From positions 1-42,407 of the IMG/VR virus record IMGVR_UViG_3300021376_000125: a DNA stretch of 42,407 nucleotides; one strand, 5' to 3'. Origin of the DNA: a virus. Taxonomy: Duplodnaviria; Caudoviricetes. A model generated the notes under the pieces. It was not told the origin of the DNA and ran no database searches. It was given only the letters and a program-made list of their open reading frames with translations. Of the stretch, positions 18,508 through 27,472 are shown piece by piece; position 1 is the first letter of the stretch, and each line of letters starts with the position of its first letter. The position numbers and the translations under genes were made by a program.

Positions 18508-19430
18508 GCTAAAAATTTAGTAATAGCTTTTTTGTTGTGTATGTGCAGATTAAAAATTGGAATTACATTCTTGTTGTATAATAAAACAGGTTGTTTATCA
18601 AATTGTACTATTACGTCACCTTTTGCCAACAACGATCCAATATAGTGTGTTTGTTCAATATGACCTTCTGAATGACCGTTGTTAGTACCTCCCAGATATT
18701 GACCATAGGAAGCTGGATCAAACAAGCAGTTAAAGTCAGTAAAGTTTTCAGAAAATTCACCAACAGGCAGCGACGGTAAAAGTTTGAAATTTTTTTTATA
18801 TTGTCTTATAAAATCAAGAAAGTTCATGTCAGTGATATATTCAAAATATAATCTGGTGGATGATTTAATTACATCTTCGCCCTTATATAACAGTTTTACT
18901 ATTTTAAACAGTAAATTATATGCTGATTTGGCATCATTAAAATACATAATACCGGGAGCTGCAATGGTAGGGCCTACTGCACTAAACCCGTACTCACCCG
19001 GGTGTATAACTGATTTAAAATTTATTTTTTTGTATATAACATTATCAGCTTCTATATGGATAACATCATCAAGATTGTTTTTGTAAACAAAAGAGCAAAG
19101 CATTAATAACCGTAGAAAAGCATGATACAAAAAAACCTCAATCTTATACCGTGGCCAGATGGTTTCAATAAGCTGTACAGCTACTTGATATTCTTCAATT
19201 TTAGTAATTTCATCTTCTATAGATATTAATTTTACATTAGAAGGAACCTTGGTTTTAATTCGCTCTATTTCTGTATTTTGTAAAATAATATAACTTTGAT
19301 CAAAAAACTTTGAATTATATTCTAGCGTTTGCAAATAATAATCAGGCATATGTTCATAACTATAGGTCTTTTTTTCGCTATTATTATTGTTAAAACTATT
19401 GTTTATGAAAACGTAAATTAAATTTTTCAT
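18504..19430 (-). CDS. putative GT-A-like protein
   Basis: HIEADNVIY (DxD-like), FDPASYGQYLGG, NLHIHNK. Confidence 0.55.
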   Translation of the reverse strand: MKNLIYVFINNSFNNNNSEKKTYSYEHMPDYYLQTLEYNSKFFDQSYIILQNTEIERIKTKVPSNVKLISIEDEITKIEEYQVAVQLIETIWPRYKIEVFLYHAFLRLLMLCSFVYKNNLDDVIHIEADNVIYKKINFKSVIHPGEYGFSAVGPTIAAPGIMYFNDAKSAYNLLFKIVKLLYKGEDVIKSSTRLYFEYITDMNFLDFIRQYKKNFKLLPSLPVGEFSENFTDFNCLFDPASYGQYLGGTNNGHSEGHIEQTHYIGSLLAKGDVIVQFDKQPVLLYNKNVIPIFNLHIHNKKAITKFLA

Positions 19431-20158
19431 ACCAACCCGCGATGATGTTGAAATAGCTGAGGATATTCCGAGGTAGCAGTTATTACATGATTACCCCATT
19501 CTGATGGTTCACGTGCTATTGGTAGCATATATTTGATAGCAAGCAAAGATAGAATAGATTGATCGTGTCTATGGTCTTTAAAGTCTGAACAATTTTCCCC
19601 CGTCGTGTTTGGTTCATCCGTGACAATTCTGGAATCTTGACAATACGACAAATATTCATCAAGAAATGTCATACAAAAATCTGTTTTTATATAAACTCCG
19701 TACGACCCATCAACCTGTATACCATTTTTATATTCGTCGGTATTACATTTCATTAAATTAAAACAATCTGCTTTTACCCACTGTGAATTTTTCCATACAT
19801 CTCCTGTGGGGTTACCATCTCTATTCTCAAACAACAAAATACCTCGCAGATCACGTTTTGCTATAGAAAACAGCACTGATGGGTCATTAATTATTAAATT
19901 GCCACTATCTATATAAAGAACACCATCACCATCATTTAGCTTTGATAAAACAGTTTTTAAAATATATGGCTTCCATATCCAGTAACCACACCCCCTCTTT
20001 AAACCTAGTATTTGCTTATTCTTTTCTTTAAACGTCTCATCTAGCGAATCTGGGGTGAACGACGCATGACCATCAAAATATTTCTTTGCAGAATCAACCA
20101 ATATTTGTTGTGATCTGTAAAAACGTTCATTTGCAAAACTTACAAGTAACTTTTTCAT
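19427..20158 (-). CDS. putative glycosyltransferase-like protein
   Basis: RGCGYWIWKPYI, YIDSG, HRHDQSILS. Confidence 0.6.
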   Translation of the reverse strand: MKKLLVSFANERFYRSQQILVDSAKKYFDGHASFTPDSLDETFKEKNKQILGLKRGCGYWIWKPYILKTVLSKLNDGDGVLYIDSGNLIINDPSVLFSIAKRDLRGILLFENRDGNPTGDVWKNSQWVKADCFNLMKCNTDEYKNGIQVDGSYGVYIKTDFCMTFLDEYLSYCQDSRIVTDEPNTTGENCSDFKDHRHDQSILSLLAIKYMLPIAREPSEWGNHVITATSEYPQLFQHHRGLV

Positions 20159-20192
20159 TGAATTTTTAGTAATTTATATTAATATAACTATA

Positions 20193-21059
20193 GTGGAATT
20201 CAAGGTATTAGATTTTTTAAGCAGTGCAGTAAAATTGCACGACGCTTTTGCCAATAACAAACCATTTATGGCAGGTAAGCTTGGCAATTGCGAGCTAATG
20301 TGTTGTTATAATTTTTTAAGAGCTAAGCATGCTAATCAAAATCCTATTGAATGGTTACCTGTAATTGTTGACGAAATATTTTACAATGCTGGTGTTTTTC
20401 CGCAAACCGAGCAAGCTCGCATTGCGTTTGTTGAAGAAATTACCAATGCATTGAAAGTAGCTGACTATGTCGCTGCATGGAATAATGGTTTAGCAGAATT
20501 TGAAAAAAGATTAATTTTGAGTAATAATCCTAATGCAACATTAATTGATTTGTGTGCGCTCGAGCCATTTTATTCCGGGATTCCATGGAGTCAATATTTA
20601 AAAGATAAAAATGTATTGGTGGTATCTCCCTTTGTTAAGACTATTGAACAGCAATACAAACAGCGCGAAAAATTATGGAAAAGCCCCCTAGTATTACCTA
20701 ATTTCAATTTACTTACATTATACCACCCAACCAGTAAAGGTATTTCTGGTGATAGCAACAAATATAATACATGGATTGAAATGATTGGAGATATTAAAGA
20801 AAAAATGGATTTAATAAACTATGATGTATGTATTGTAGGTACAGGTGCTTCATCCTTACCAATATGTGCTCATGCAAAATTGTCCGGTAAGCAATCCGTA
20901 CATCTAGGAGGACCTACACAAATATTATTCGGTATAAAGGGTAAGAGATGGGACGAGGCACCAAATATAAATGTATTCTATAATGAGAATTGGGTAAGAC
21001 CGGCACAAGAAGAAGTCCCGGAGGGATTTAAGAGGATAGAGGCTGGCTGTTATTGGTAG
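20193..21059 (+). CDS. conserved glycan-locus protein (GT-D-like)
   Basis: KNVLVVSPF, IVGTGA, HLGGPTQILFGIKGKRW; family typical of polysaccharide loci. Confidence 0.6.
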   Translation: MEFKVLDFLSSAVKLHDAFANNKPFMAGKLGNCELMCCYNFLRAKHANQNPIEWLPVIVDEIFYNAGVFPQTEQARIAFVEEITNALKVADYVAAWNNGLAEFEKRLILSNNPNATLIDLCALEPFYSGIPWSQYLKDKNVLVVSPFVKTIEQQYKQREKLWKSPLVLPNFNLLTLYHPTSKGISGDSNKYNTWIEMIGDIKEKMDLINYDVCIVGTGASSLPICAHAKLSGKQSVHLGGPTQILFGIKGKRWDEAPNINVFYNENWVRPAQEEVPEGFKRIEAGCYW

Positions 21060-21948
21060 GAACTTCTGAATTAACTCCCATATAATAATTTGTTAAAGCT
21101 TGTTGATATCCTGCATAAGACCAATAATGTGTCTTAAACCATTCATCGTTAAAACACTTTTTTTCTAATTCTAATTCGTTTTTAAATGGGGTCCAATAAC
21201 CTGCACCGCCTCCACGTAAGAGCAATACATTAAACAGATAATGGTGCCACATATCTACATCAAATACTTTTGGCTTCCAATAAAGACTATTATTAAATTC
21301 GTGATCTCCTGTAGAATATTGAGAACCGTCACCATGTTTAATATGAAATGTGGGCGGTGGCCATTTATTGCACAGCGTGGAATTACCTAAGCGCATACAA
21401 AGGGTTGCATAATGAACATCCCAACAAGGATGACCTAAAATATAGGGTGGAAATTCATTGCGGTATTTTTTCCACCAACTGGTACGTATACCAAAAGTGT
21501 CGAACCCCGCTACTTGGTAATGATCGCCAGAAATAGACTGAGTAAGAGTGCTTATAGGTTCTATAGCCAATCGACTAGCTGGATAGCAATCATGGTCTGT
21601 CTCTAGCATGTATGCGATAAATCTATCCGATACTATGATATCATCATTAGTAAAAACAAAATAATCATAATTTAAATCGGCAAGCCTATCAAACAATTCT
21701 TGCATAATAGGTATAGTTCTAGGAGAGCTCGGTACATATGTTTGATTGGATGTTGTTAACGAATGTAGCGTTTTTAATCCTTCGTGTTCTCGACCAGTCC
21801 TAGCTTTGTCTTCAAACTGTAAATTATATAAATCTACCACGTTAGGATACTTTTTCTTTACAGCAAGAAGTGATTCAATACAGAGATCTGTTCGAACAGA
21901 CCTACCGAACAAATTTACACCAAGCGCTATCTTAATCTCTCTTGGCAT
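21028..21948 (-). CDS. putative GT-A-like protein
   Basis: FVFTNDDI, GFDTF, WD, FHIKH. Confidence 0.55.
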   Translation of the reverse strand: MPREIKIALGVNLFGRSVRTDLCIESLLAVKKKYPNVVDLYNLQFEDKARTGREHEGLKTLHSLTTSNQTYVPSSPRTIPIMQELFDRLADLNYDYFVFTNDDIIVSDRFIAYMLETDHDCYPASRLAIEPISTLTQSISGDHYQVAGFDTFGIRTSWWKKYRNEFPPYILGHPCWDVHYATLCMRLGNSTLCNKWPPPTFHIKHGDGSQYSTGDHEFNNSLYWKPKVFDVDMWHHYLFNVLLLRGGGAGYWTPFKNELELEKKCFNDEWFKTHYWSYAGYQQALTNYYMGVNSEVPTNNSQPLSS

Positions 21949-22741
21949 GAAATCTCCACATATCTTTTAATAATCGTCGCACCTTTTTTTCGTCTGTATC
22001 CGGTACACATCCTTGCCATGCTGGCATATAACCGTGTTTACGCTTAAAAATCTCCACACCCTTGGTTATGTTTTCACGCCAATCTGTTCTTGGCCTTATA
22101 GCGCTACTCGCTTCTGAGCATTCAATTTCTTCTAGATAATCTGTACTATTAGCAATATCTGGAAAATGCCAATACGGGGTTGTAAAACCACCTTTGTATA
22201 GTCTGTAATCGTGATCCACATGTTCAAATGCATTGGTGTATTCCTCATCAATTAAACCAACCTTCTCCAACGCTTCTTTTGTATAATAACAAAAAGCACC
22301 CACGCTATGAGCATTAATGGCTATCTTTATATCATCATAATCTACTATGTAACGAGGAACAGGCGGCCCACCAGAAACTCCATTTTTATTTGCAGGACCA
22401 TGATAACCAAAATTAAAATGCTGTATACCAGTTAAATTTCTCGCTTTAATATATTCATCAAATACATCACCATTCTTTACAACAATATCGTCTTCCATTA
22501 TAAAAATATGATCACATCCTTTTTCTAATAGAGTTTTAAACAGTGTATTTTTTGACCTACCTACACCAACATTAACTTTATTATGAATATAAGTAAATGG
22601 TCTTTTAGATATTAATTTGTCAACATCCTGAAAATCCATACCATCATTAACGACAACAAGTTCTAAATCCTTTGGTATGGAGTTAAAGCATTTGAGAAAA
22701 AATATCGGTCTATTACACGTAACTATGCCTACACCAATCAC
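21932..22741 (-). CDS. GT2 family glycosyltransferase
   Basis: IVTCNRP, VVNDG, MEDDI, VGLIDE, EHVDH. Confidence 0.85.
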   Translation of the reverse strand: MIGVGIVTCNRPIFFLKCFNSIPKDLELVVVNDGMDFQDVDKLISKRPFTYIHNKVNVGVGRSKNTLFKTLLEKGCDHIFIMEDDIVVKNGDVFDEYIKARNLTGIQHFNFGYHGPANKNGVSGGPPVPRYIVDYDDIKIAINAHSVGAFCYYTKEALEKVGLIDEEYTNAFEHVDHDYRLYKGGFTTPYWHFPDIANSTDYLEEIECSEASSAIRPRTDWRENITKGVEIFKRKHGYMPAWQGCVPDTDEKKVRRLLKDMWRFHAKRD

Positions 22742-22747
22742 GCATTA

Positions 22748-22775
22748 ATTTTAGGATAAAATACTTGTATTGCAA
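22748..22775 (-). promoter_or_regulatory. sigma70-like promoter
   Basis: TTGCAA-N16-TAAAAT, 6 nt before GTG 22741. Confidence 0.6.
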
Positions 22776-22788
22776 CTACATTTAAAGG

Positions 22789-22796
22789 TATAAATA
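22789..22796 (+). promoter_or_regulatory. T4-type late promoter
   Basis: TATAAATA 6 nt before ATG 22803. Confidence 0.65.
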
Positions 22797-22802
22797 ACTG
22801 AT

Positions 22803-23321
22803 ATGCCCGCGTTTAACGAAGTTAACATCAAGCAGTTAAATCAAGTCGAAGAAATTGTTGATGGCGATTATCTTATTGTTGAGACTGAAAATGGCACTAA
22901 TATTATAGATTTTAAAAATTTTGTCGTAGGTCCAAACAATGTAAGTTGGTATTCTTCTTTTGTTTCTCTTAGCAATCAAGTGGTAAAGAGTTTGTCTGCG
23001 CAAGAAGTGCTCATACCAACCCAGGTTGATATTTCCTCTAATCAATCTGCTTCCGGTACTTTTTTAAGTCCTAATTGCTATGTTTGGGTAGATACTACAT
23101 CTTCAACTTTAACTGCAGTTTTACCCACAGGTGTTTCCAGAGGGCAATCCATAAGATTTTTTGATGTTGCAAATACGTTTGATAATAACCCCTTTACTGT
23201 ATCAAGAAATGGCCATAAAATACAGGGAGTAGCTCAAGACATGACAGTAACTACCGAGGGAGCTGCTTTTGAGCTTGTCTACTACAATTCAACATATGGA
23301 TGGAGAATCTTCACTGTATAA
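22803..23321 (+). CDS. virion structural/tail-fibre adaptor-like protein
   Basis: C-terminal LP...G..I.F.D...TF....TV.RNG.KI.G...D......GAAFELVY...GW module as in T4-like baseplate/fibre proteins. Confidence 0.65.
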   Translation: MPAFNEVNIKQLNQVEEIVDGDYLIVETENGTNIIDFKNFVVGPNNVSWYSSFVSLSNQVVKSLSAQEVLIPTQVDISSNQSASGTFLSPNCYVWVDTTSSTLTAVLPTGVSRGQSIRFFDVANTFDNNPFTVSRNGHKIQGVAQDMTVTTEGAAFELVYYNSTYGWRIFTV

Positions 23322-23339
23322 TGGTTGTAGGGAGACAAC

Positions 23340-24158
23340 ATGGCTAATTACGCAAGTTATAAAAAAATATTATCTGATAGTTTCATAGATAATACCATTG
23401 ATCAAACAAAAGTAGTGACTAGCGCAGGTGTAAGATGGAATACGTTTACCGTTTACAATGATTGTGGATTTCAATGTAGAGCATGTCAAGCAGGTACTTT
23501 ACAGTCTTGTGGCAGGTGTTGCTTATGGACAGTACCAGATAAAATTAATACTGTAAGTTTTGAATTATGGAGTGGTGGTGGCGCTGGTCCTGGGTTTTCA
23601 GGGACGTTTTGTTGTGGCCTGAAATCTATTGGTGGTGCTGGTGGCAACTATGCAATTAAAACCATAACAACACAGCCTGGTTGTCAGTACACAATTTGTG
23701 CTGGGGGTTCATGGCCGTGTGATGCAAGCAACGCCTGCGTTGCAGGCCAAGGCTGTGCATCTTATGTAACTGGCTTTAATTTAAATAATTTTTGTACGCA
23801 TGGTGGCTGTGGTGGGTTTGCTTGTCCTAGTACTGATGGTTACAATCCATCACCATCACCATGTGCAAATTGCGGAATTTGTGGTTTTTTTGATGCTGAT
23901 TTTGGAATTATGGGCATGGTTGGAGGGCTTGCTGGTCAATCTATTTGTGGATGTATGGGTAATACAACTTTTACCGGTTCTGCACCATTTATAGGTTTAC
24001 AATATCAAAGTTCAACATCTGAGTACTGGTGTAATTGTGGTTGTTTTATAAATTGGCCGTCAGGTGGAGGAATATCTGGTACTTCAAGTTACTGGGGATC
24101 ATGTACTGCTTACGGAGGAACAGGAGGATCCGGTATTGTTAAAGTAACATTCGGCTAA
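23340..24158 (+). CDS. Cys/Gly-rich fibre-like protein, paralogue 1
   Basis: WTVP...FELWSGGG...GGSGIVKVT glycine-rich domain; about 25 Cys in 272 aa. Confidence 0.75.
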   Translation: MANYASYKKILSDSFIDNTIDQTKVVTSAGVRWNTFTVYNDCGFQCRACQAGTLQSCGRCCLWTVPDKINTVSFELWSGGGAGPGFSGTFCCGLKSIGGAGGNYAIKTITTQPGCQYTICAGGSWPCDASNACVAGQGCASYVTGFNLNNFCTHGGCGGFACPSTDGYNPSPSPCANCGICGFFDADFGIMGMVGGLAGQSICGCMGNTTFTGSAPFIGLQYQSSTSEYWCNCGCFINWPSGGGISGTSSYWGSCTAYGGTGGSGIVKVTFG

Positions 24159-24165
24159 ATATCAT

Positions 24166-25008
24166 ATGGCTAATTATTCACAATTTTTAAAAATATTGCC
24201 TGATAGCATTCCTAGCAATACTATTACACAAGATAAACTGCAATATGGTTTTGGTGCTTTAAAAACTTTGTGGGTATATAATGAAGATGGATTTAGGTGT
24301 GATGCATGCTCTAATGGCGATGGTTCAACATTTACACTGTGTCAAGCTGCCGGTAAGTGTTGCTTGTGGACAGTACCAGACAAGGCAAAGAGAGTAAGTT
24401 TCGAAGTATGGTCTGGCGGTGGCGGTGGAGGCGGCATGAATTGCTGCTGTTTTTGCTCCAAAGGATGGCACGGTGCAGGTGGAAATTATGCAATTAAAAC
24501 CATAACAACCTCACCAGGCTGTCAGTACACAGTTTGTGCCGGCGGGGTATGGCCTTGTTTAAGATCTTATGCTTGTATAGGTGGCCAAGGATGTGCATCT
24601 TATGTGACTGGTTACAATTTATCTAATTTTTGCGCTGTAGGTGGGTGCGGTGGATTAATGTGCAACGGTGATGCTTGGGAGCCAAGGTTTTGGGAAACCT
24701 GTGCTAATTGTAATGTTTGTGGTTTTTTTGGAGCTGATTTTGGAGTCATGGGAACCACAGGACATAAAATAGGCCACGCAGGGTGTCAATGCACGCAAAA
24801 CGATGCAGTATTCACAGGGGTAGCGCCTTTCATAGGAAAAATGGGCATAACTGGTTCAAGTGGTCAATGGTTTTGGTGTGGGTGTTACATTAACTGGCCA
24901 TCTGGTGGTGGTTACACCGGGCTAAGTTCGTACTGTGGTGATAATTTAAAATGTTTTAGTTCAGGGATGCAAGGAGGATCCGGTATTGTAAAAATTACAT
25001 ACGCATAA
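24166..25008 (+). CDS. Cys/Gly-rich fibre-like protein, paralogue 2
   Basis: Colinear with paralogue 1; about 26 Cys in 280 aa. Confidence 0.75.
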   Translation: MANYSQFLKILPDSIPSNTITQDKLQYGFGALKTLWVYNEDGFRCDACSNGDGSTFTLCQAAGKCCLWTVPDKAKRVSFEVWSGGGGGGGMNCCCFCSKGWHGAGGNYAIKTITTSPGCQYTVCAGGVWPCLRSYACIGGQGCASYVTGYNLSNFCAVGGCGGLMCNGDAWEPRFWETCANCNVCGFFGADFGVMGTTGHKIGHAGCQCTQNDAVFTGVAPFIGKMGITGSSGQWFWCGCYINWPSGGGYTGLSSYCGDNLKCFSSGMQGGSGIVKITYA

Positions 25009-25012
25009 ATTT

Positions 25013-25846
25013 ATGTCAGTTTACGCACAGCACAAGAAAATAACCACAGATAACATAGTGGATAATGTTCTGTCTCCTGCAAAATTTACTGCAGGGGTAA
25101 ATGTTTATTATGGTATTGATTGGGTATTTAACGAGAGAGGTTTATGTTGTAATGCATGTGCAGGTGATGGTTACTGCACTGAGCAGGCAAATGGTAAGTG
25201 TTGTTTATGGACAGTACCTACCGGAGTTTCAAAAGTTACTTTTGAAGTATGGAGTGGCGGTGGAGCAGGTGCAGGTAATTTGTGTTGCTGCTGCTACCAA
25301 TCTTTAGGAGGTGCAGGAGGTAACTATGCACAAAAAACAATTTGTGTAACCCCAGGGTGGGAATACACTGTGTGTGCAGGTGGCACATTTCCTTGTCCAT
25401 GTGTCAGAGCATGTATAGGAGGTCAAGGGTGCGCCTCGTTTGTAACAGGTTGTAATTTATCCAATTTTTGTGCAGTAGGTGCATGCGGAGCAGTTGCATG
25501 CCAATCAGGCGACACATATTCCCCTTACATAAATCAATCTTGTGCAAACTGTGGTGTGTGTAGTTCTTATGGTGCAGATTTTGGTATTTCTGGATCAACT
25601 GGAGGCATGACTGGTAGGGGATATGCATTATGTATAAAGCGTACCATTTTTACAGGAGCAGCTCCAATTATTGGCAAAAGACACATGGGATCTGGCTCTG
25701 AATATAATTGTGCATGTGGTTGCTTTATTAATTGGCCGGCTGGTGGAGGAATGTCTGGTCATACAGGATATGTTGGTTCTTATACCAATTGTTGCGCAGC
25801 AGGCAATATGGGTGGATCTGGCCTGGTAAAAATAACATATGTATAA
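25013..25846 (+). CDS. Cys/Gly-rich fibre-like protein, paralogue 3
   Basis: Colinear with paralogues 1 and 2; about 29 Cys in 277 aa. Confidence 0.75.
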   Translation: MSVYAQHKKITTDNIVDNVLSPAKFTAGVNVYYGIDWVFNERGLCCNACAGDGYCTEQANGKCCLWTVPTGVSKVTFEVWSGGGAGAGNLCCCCYQSLGGAGGNYAQKTICVTPGWEYTVCAGGTFPCPCVRACIGGQGCASFVTGCNLSNFCAVGACGAVACQSGDTYSPYINQSCANCGVCSSYGADFGISGSTGGMTGRGYALCIKRTIFTGAAPIIGKRHMGSGSEYNCACGCFINWPAGGGMSGHTGYVGSYTNCCAAGNMGGSGLVKITYV

Positions 25847-25857
25847 TAAATAAATTT

Positions 25858-26526
25858 ATGAAGAAGACCTTCACATACAAAATACCCAATGACTATCTAT
25901 CTGATGATTTTAGCGATGGTAAAACTGGTACTCACACATACAATGGCCAAGAATTCTTAACATTTCAGATAAGTAAAGACACAGGCAGAGAGACTAGCTG
26001 GTGTTTGTGGGATGAGAGAGATTTGGAGAGACCTTGCCCACAGGATAGTGTGAGAATAAAAGTTGACTGTAAAGAGAATCCCTTGTTGTGTGAAATTGGG
26101 AACGATCAAGGTAGTCCAGAATCACAAGCATTTAAAGCCAACAGGCAATGGGTAGTTCAATACCAAGCTCCAGCCGGTTACACCAGTTTATACAAGCCTG
26201 CAGAATATGAACCACGAGACATTTATGATGAATACAACATCACATACAACTTTGAAACAAAACAGTTTAATATACCAGTAAAAACTTTTGCAACCAATAT
26301 TGACGTCAATGTTACCTGGGATGACATTAAAATACGCAGAAATGCTGAACTAGAGGCAACTGATGGTAAAATAAGTGATGATATGCCACAAGATCTTCAA
26401 CAGAAATGGAAAACGTACAGACAGCTCTTAAGAGATCTACCAGAAGCGCTTGCTGAATTTCCTCCATACATTGCAGGTCAGATGTTCCCCAAACCTCCTA
26501 TCAATTCCAGGCCTGGCAAACAATAA
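25858..26526 (+). CDS. phage tail (fibre) assembly chaperone-domain protein
   Basis: WDDIKIRRNAELEATD...WKTYRQLLRDLP...FPKPP C-terminal domain; start reassigned to ATG 25858 after AATAAATA. Confidence 0.75.
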   Translation: MKKTFTYKIPNDYLSDDFSDGKTGTHTYNGQEFLTFQISKDTGRETSWCLWDERDLERPCPQDSVRIKVDCKENPLLCEIGNDQGSPESQAFKANRQWVVQYQAPAGYTSLYKPAEYEPRDIYDEYNITYNFETKQFNIPVKTFATNIDVNVTWDDIKIRRNAELEATDGKISDDMPQDLQQKWKTYRQLLRDLPEALAEFPPYIAGQMFPKPPINSRPGKQ

Positions 26527-26546
26527 TTGTACAGTATAATACATAC

Positions 26547-27434
26547 ATGCAAAGACTATTTGTTTTTGGGTGTAGCTATACAAAATACTATTGGCCTACA
26601 TGGGCTGATCTATTAAGCTTAAATTTCGATTACTATGAAAATTGGGGCATAGGAGGAGTAGGCAATCAATGCATTGCACAGCGTGTGCATGAATGTCATT
26701 TAGCAAATAAATTTACTAAAGATGATACAGTAATTGTACAATGGACATCTTATACAAGACATGACTGTTTTTTAGATCATTGGCAGTCTAGAGGAAGCGT
26801 TTTTTCAGAAAACGGTGATAATAAACATATTTTTACATCTCAGTGGTTATCGGCCTTTTTTACAGAAAAAGGATTTCTACTAAACACATTATCCAATATT
26901 AGCTTTGTACAAGAGCTTTTGGCAAATACAGGTTGTAAGTGGTACATGACAAGCATGAATGATATATTCAGTCTTAATACAGATATTATAGATCAACGAA
27001 AAAATGTAGAATGCATGCCTGAATATGTTGAATATAAGGATAATGAATTATTTAAAAAATATCCAGAATTAAAAATATACACAGATAAAATTTGGAGTTA
27101 TTCCAATTGGATTTCAGATTTTACAAAAATACAAAGAGATACACCCGATAAATTGTATTCATTTATTGATGATACCGTAGAGCCACTAGGGTATACAAGG
27201 TGGATAGATGTACACCCATCACCAGAACAGTTTAATTTGTGGTTGGAAAAATATTGTAATAAATTTTTTGATTTAGCCAAGCATTCTTCCGCAAGAATAG
27301 CAACAGTTGCATTGATTAATAAGATGAAAGCTGACAAGTTATTTTTATTTTTTGCTGATAGTCTTTTTCAGGAAAAAGATAATCCTATTCAACAATATTT
27401 ACCCTGGTGGCCAGTTAAATTAAAAGGACTTTAA
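26547..27434 (+). CDS. SGNH/GDSL-hydrolase-like hypothetical protein
   Basis: FGCSYT, GIGGVGN and DVHPS (block I, II, V-like). Confidence 0.6.
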   Translation: MQRLFVFGCSYTKYYWPTWADLLSLNFDYYENWGIGGVGNQCIAQRVHECHLANKFTKDDTVIVQWTSYTRHDCFLDHWQSRGSVFSENGDNKHIFTSQWLSAFFTEKGFLLNTLSNISFVQELLANTGCKWYMTSMNDIFSLNTDIIDQRKNVECMPEYVEYKDNELFKKYPELKIYTDKIWSYSNWISDFTKIQRDTPDKLYSFIDDTVEPLGYTRWIDVHPSPEQFNLWLEKYCNKFFDLAKHSSARIATVALINKMKADKLFLFFADSLFQEKDNPIQQYLPWWPVKLKGL

Positions 27435-27438
27435 CATA

Positions 27439-27466
27439 TTGATTTCGTACAATATCGAAATATAAT
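27439..27466 (+). promoter_or_regulatory. sigma70-like promoter
   Basis: TTGATT-N16-TATAAT, 6 nt before GTG 27473. Confidence 0.65.
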
Positions 27467-27472
27467 AATACA

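Noticed and set aside
23800-23994. His-run ORF (TIHHHHHHV) and other alternate-frame ORFs in the Cys-rich genes
   Set aside because: Shadow of the CCA-TCA (Pro-Ser) codons of the real gene
23340-25846. Diversity-generating retroelement or RiPP precursors as the explanation for the Cys-rich repeats
   Set aside because: No reverse transcriptase or adenine-specific TR/VR pair in the window; the proteins are ~275 aa with a fibre-type Gly-rich domain, not short precursors
25732-25857. Extended N-terminus of the chaperone gene
   Set aside because: Overlaps paralogue 3; ATG 25858 follows a late-promoter-like box
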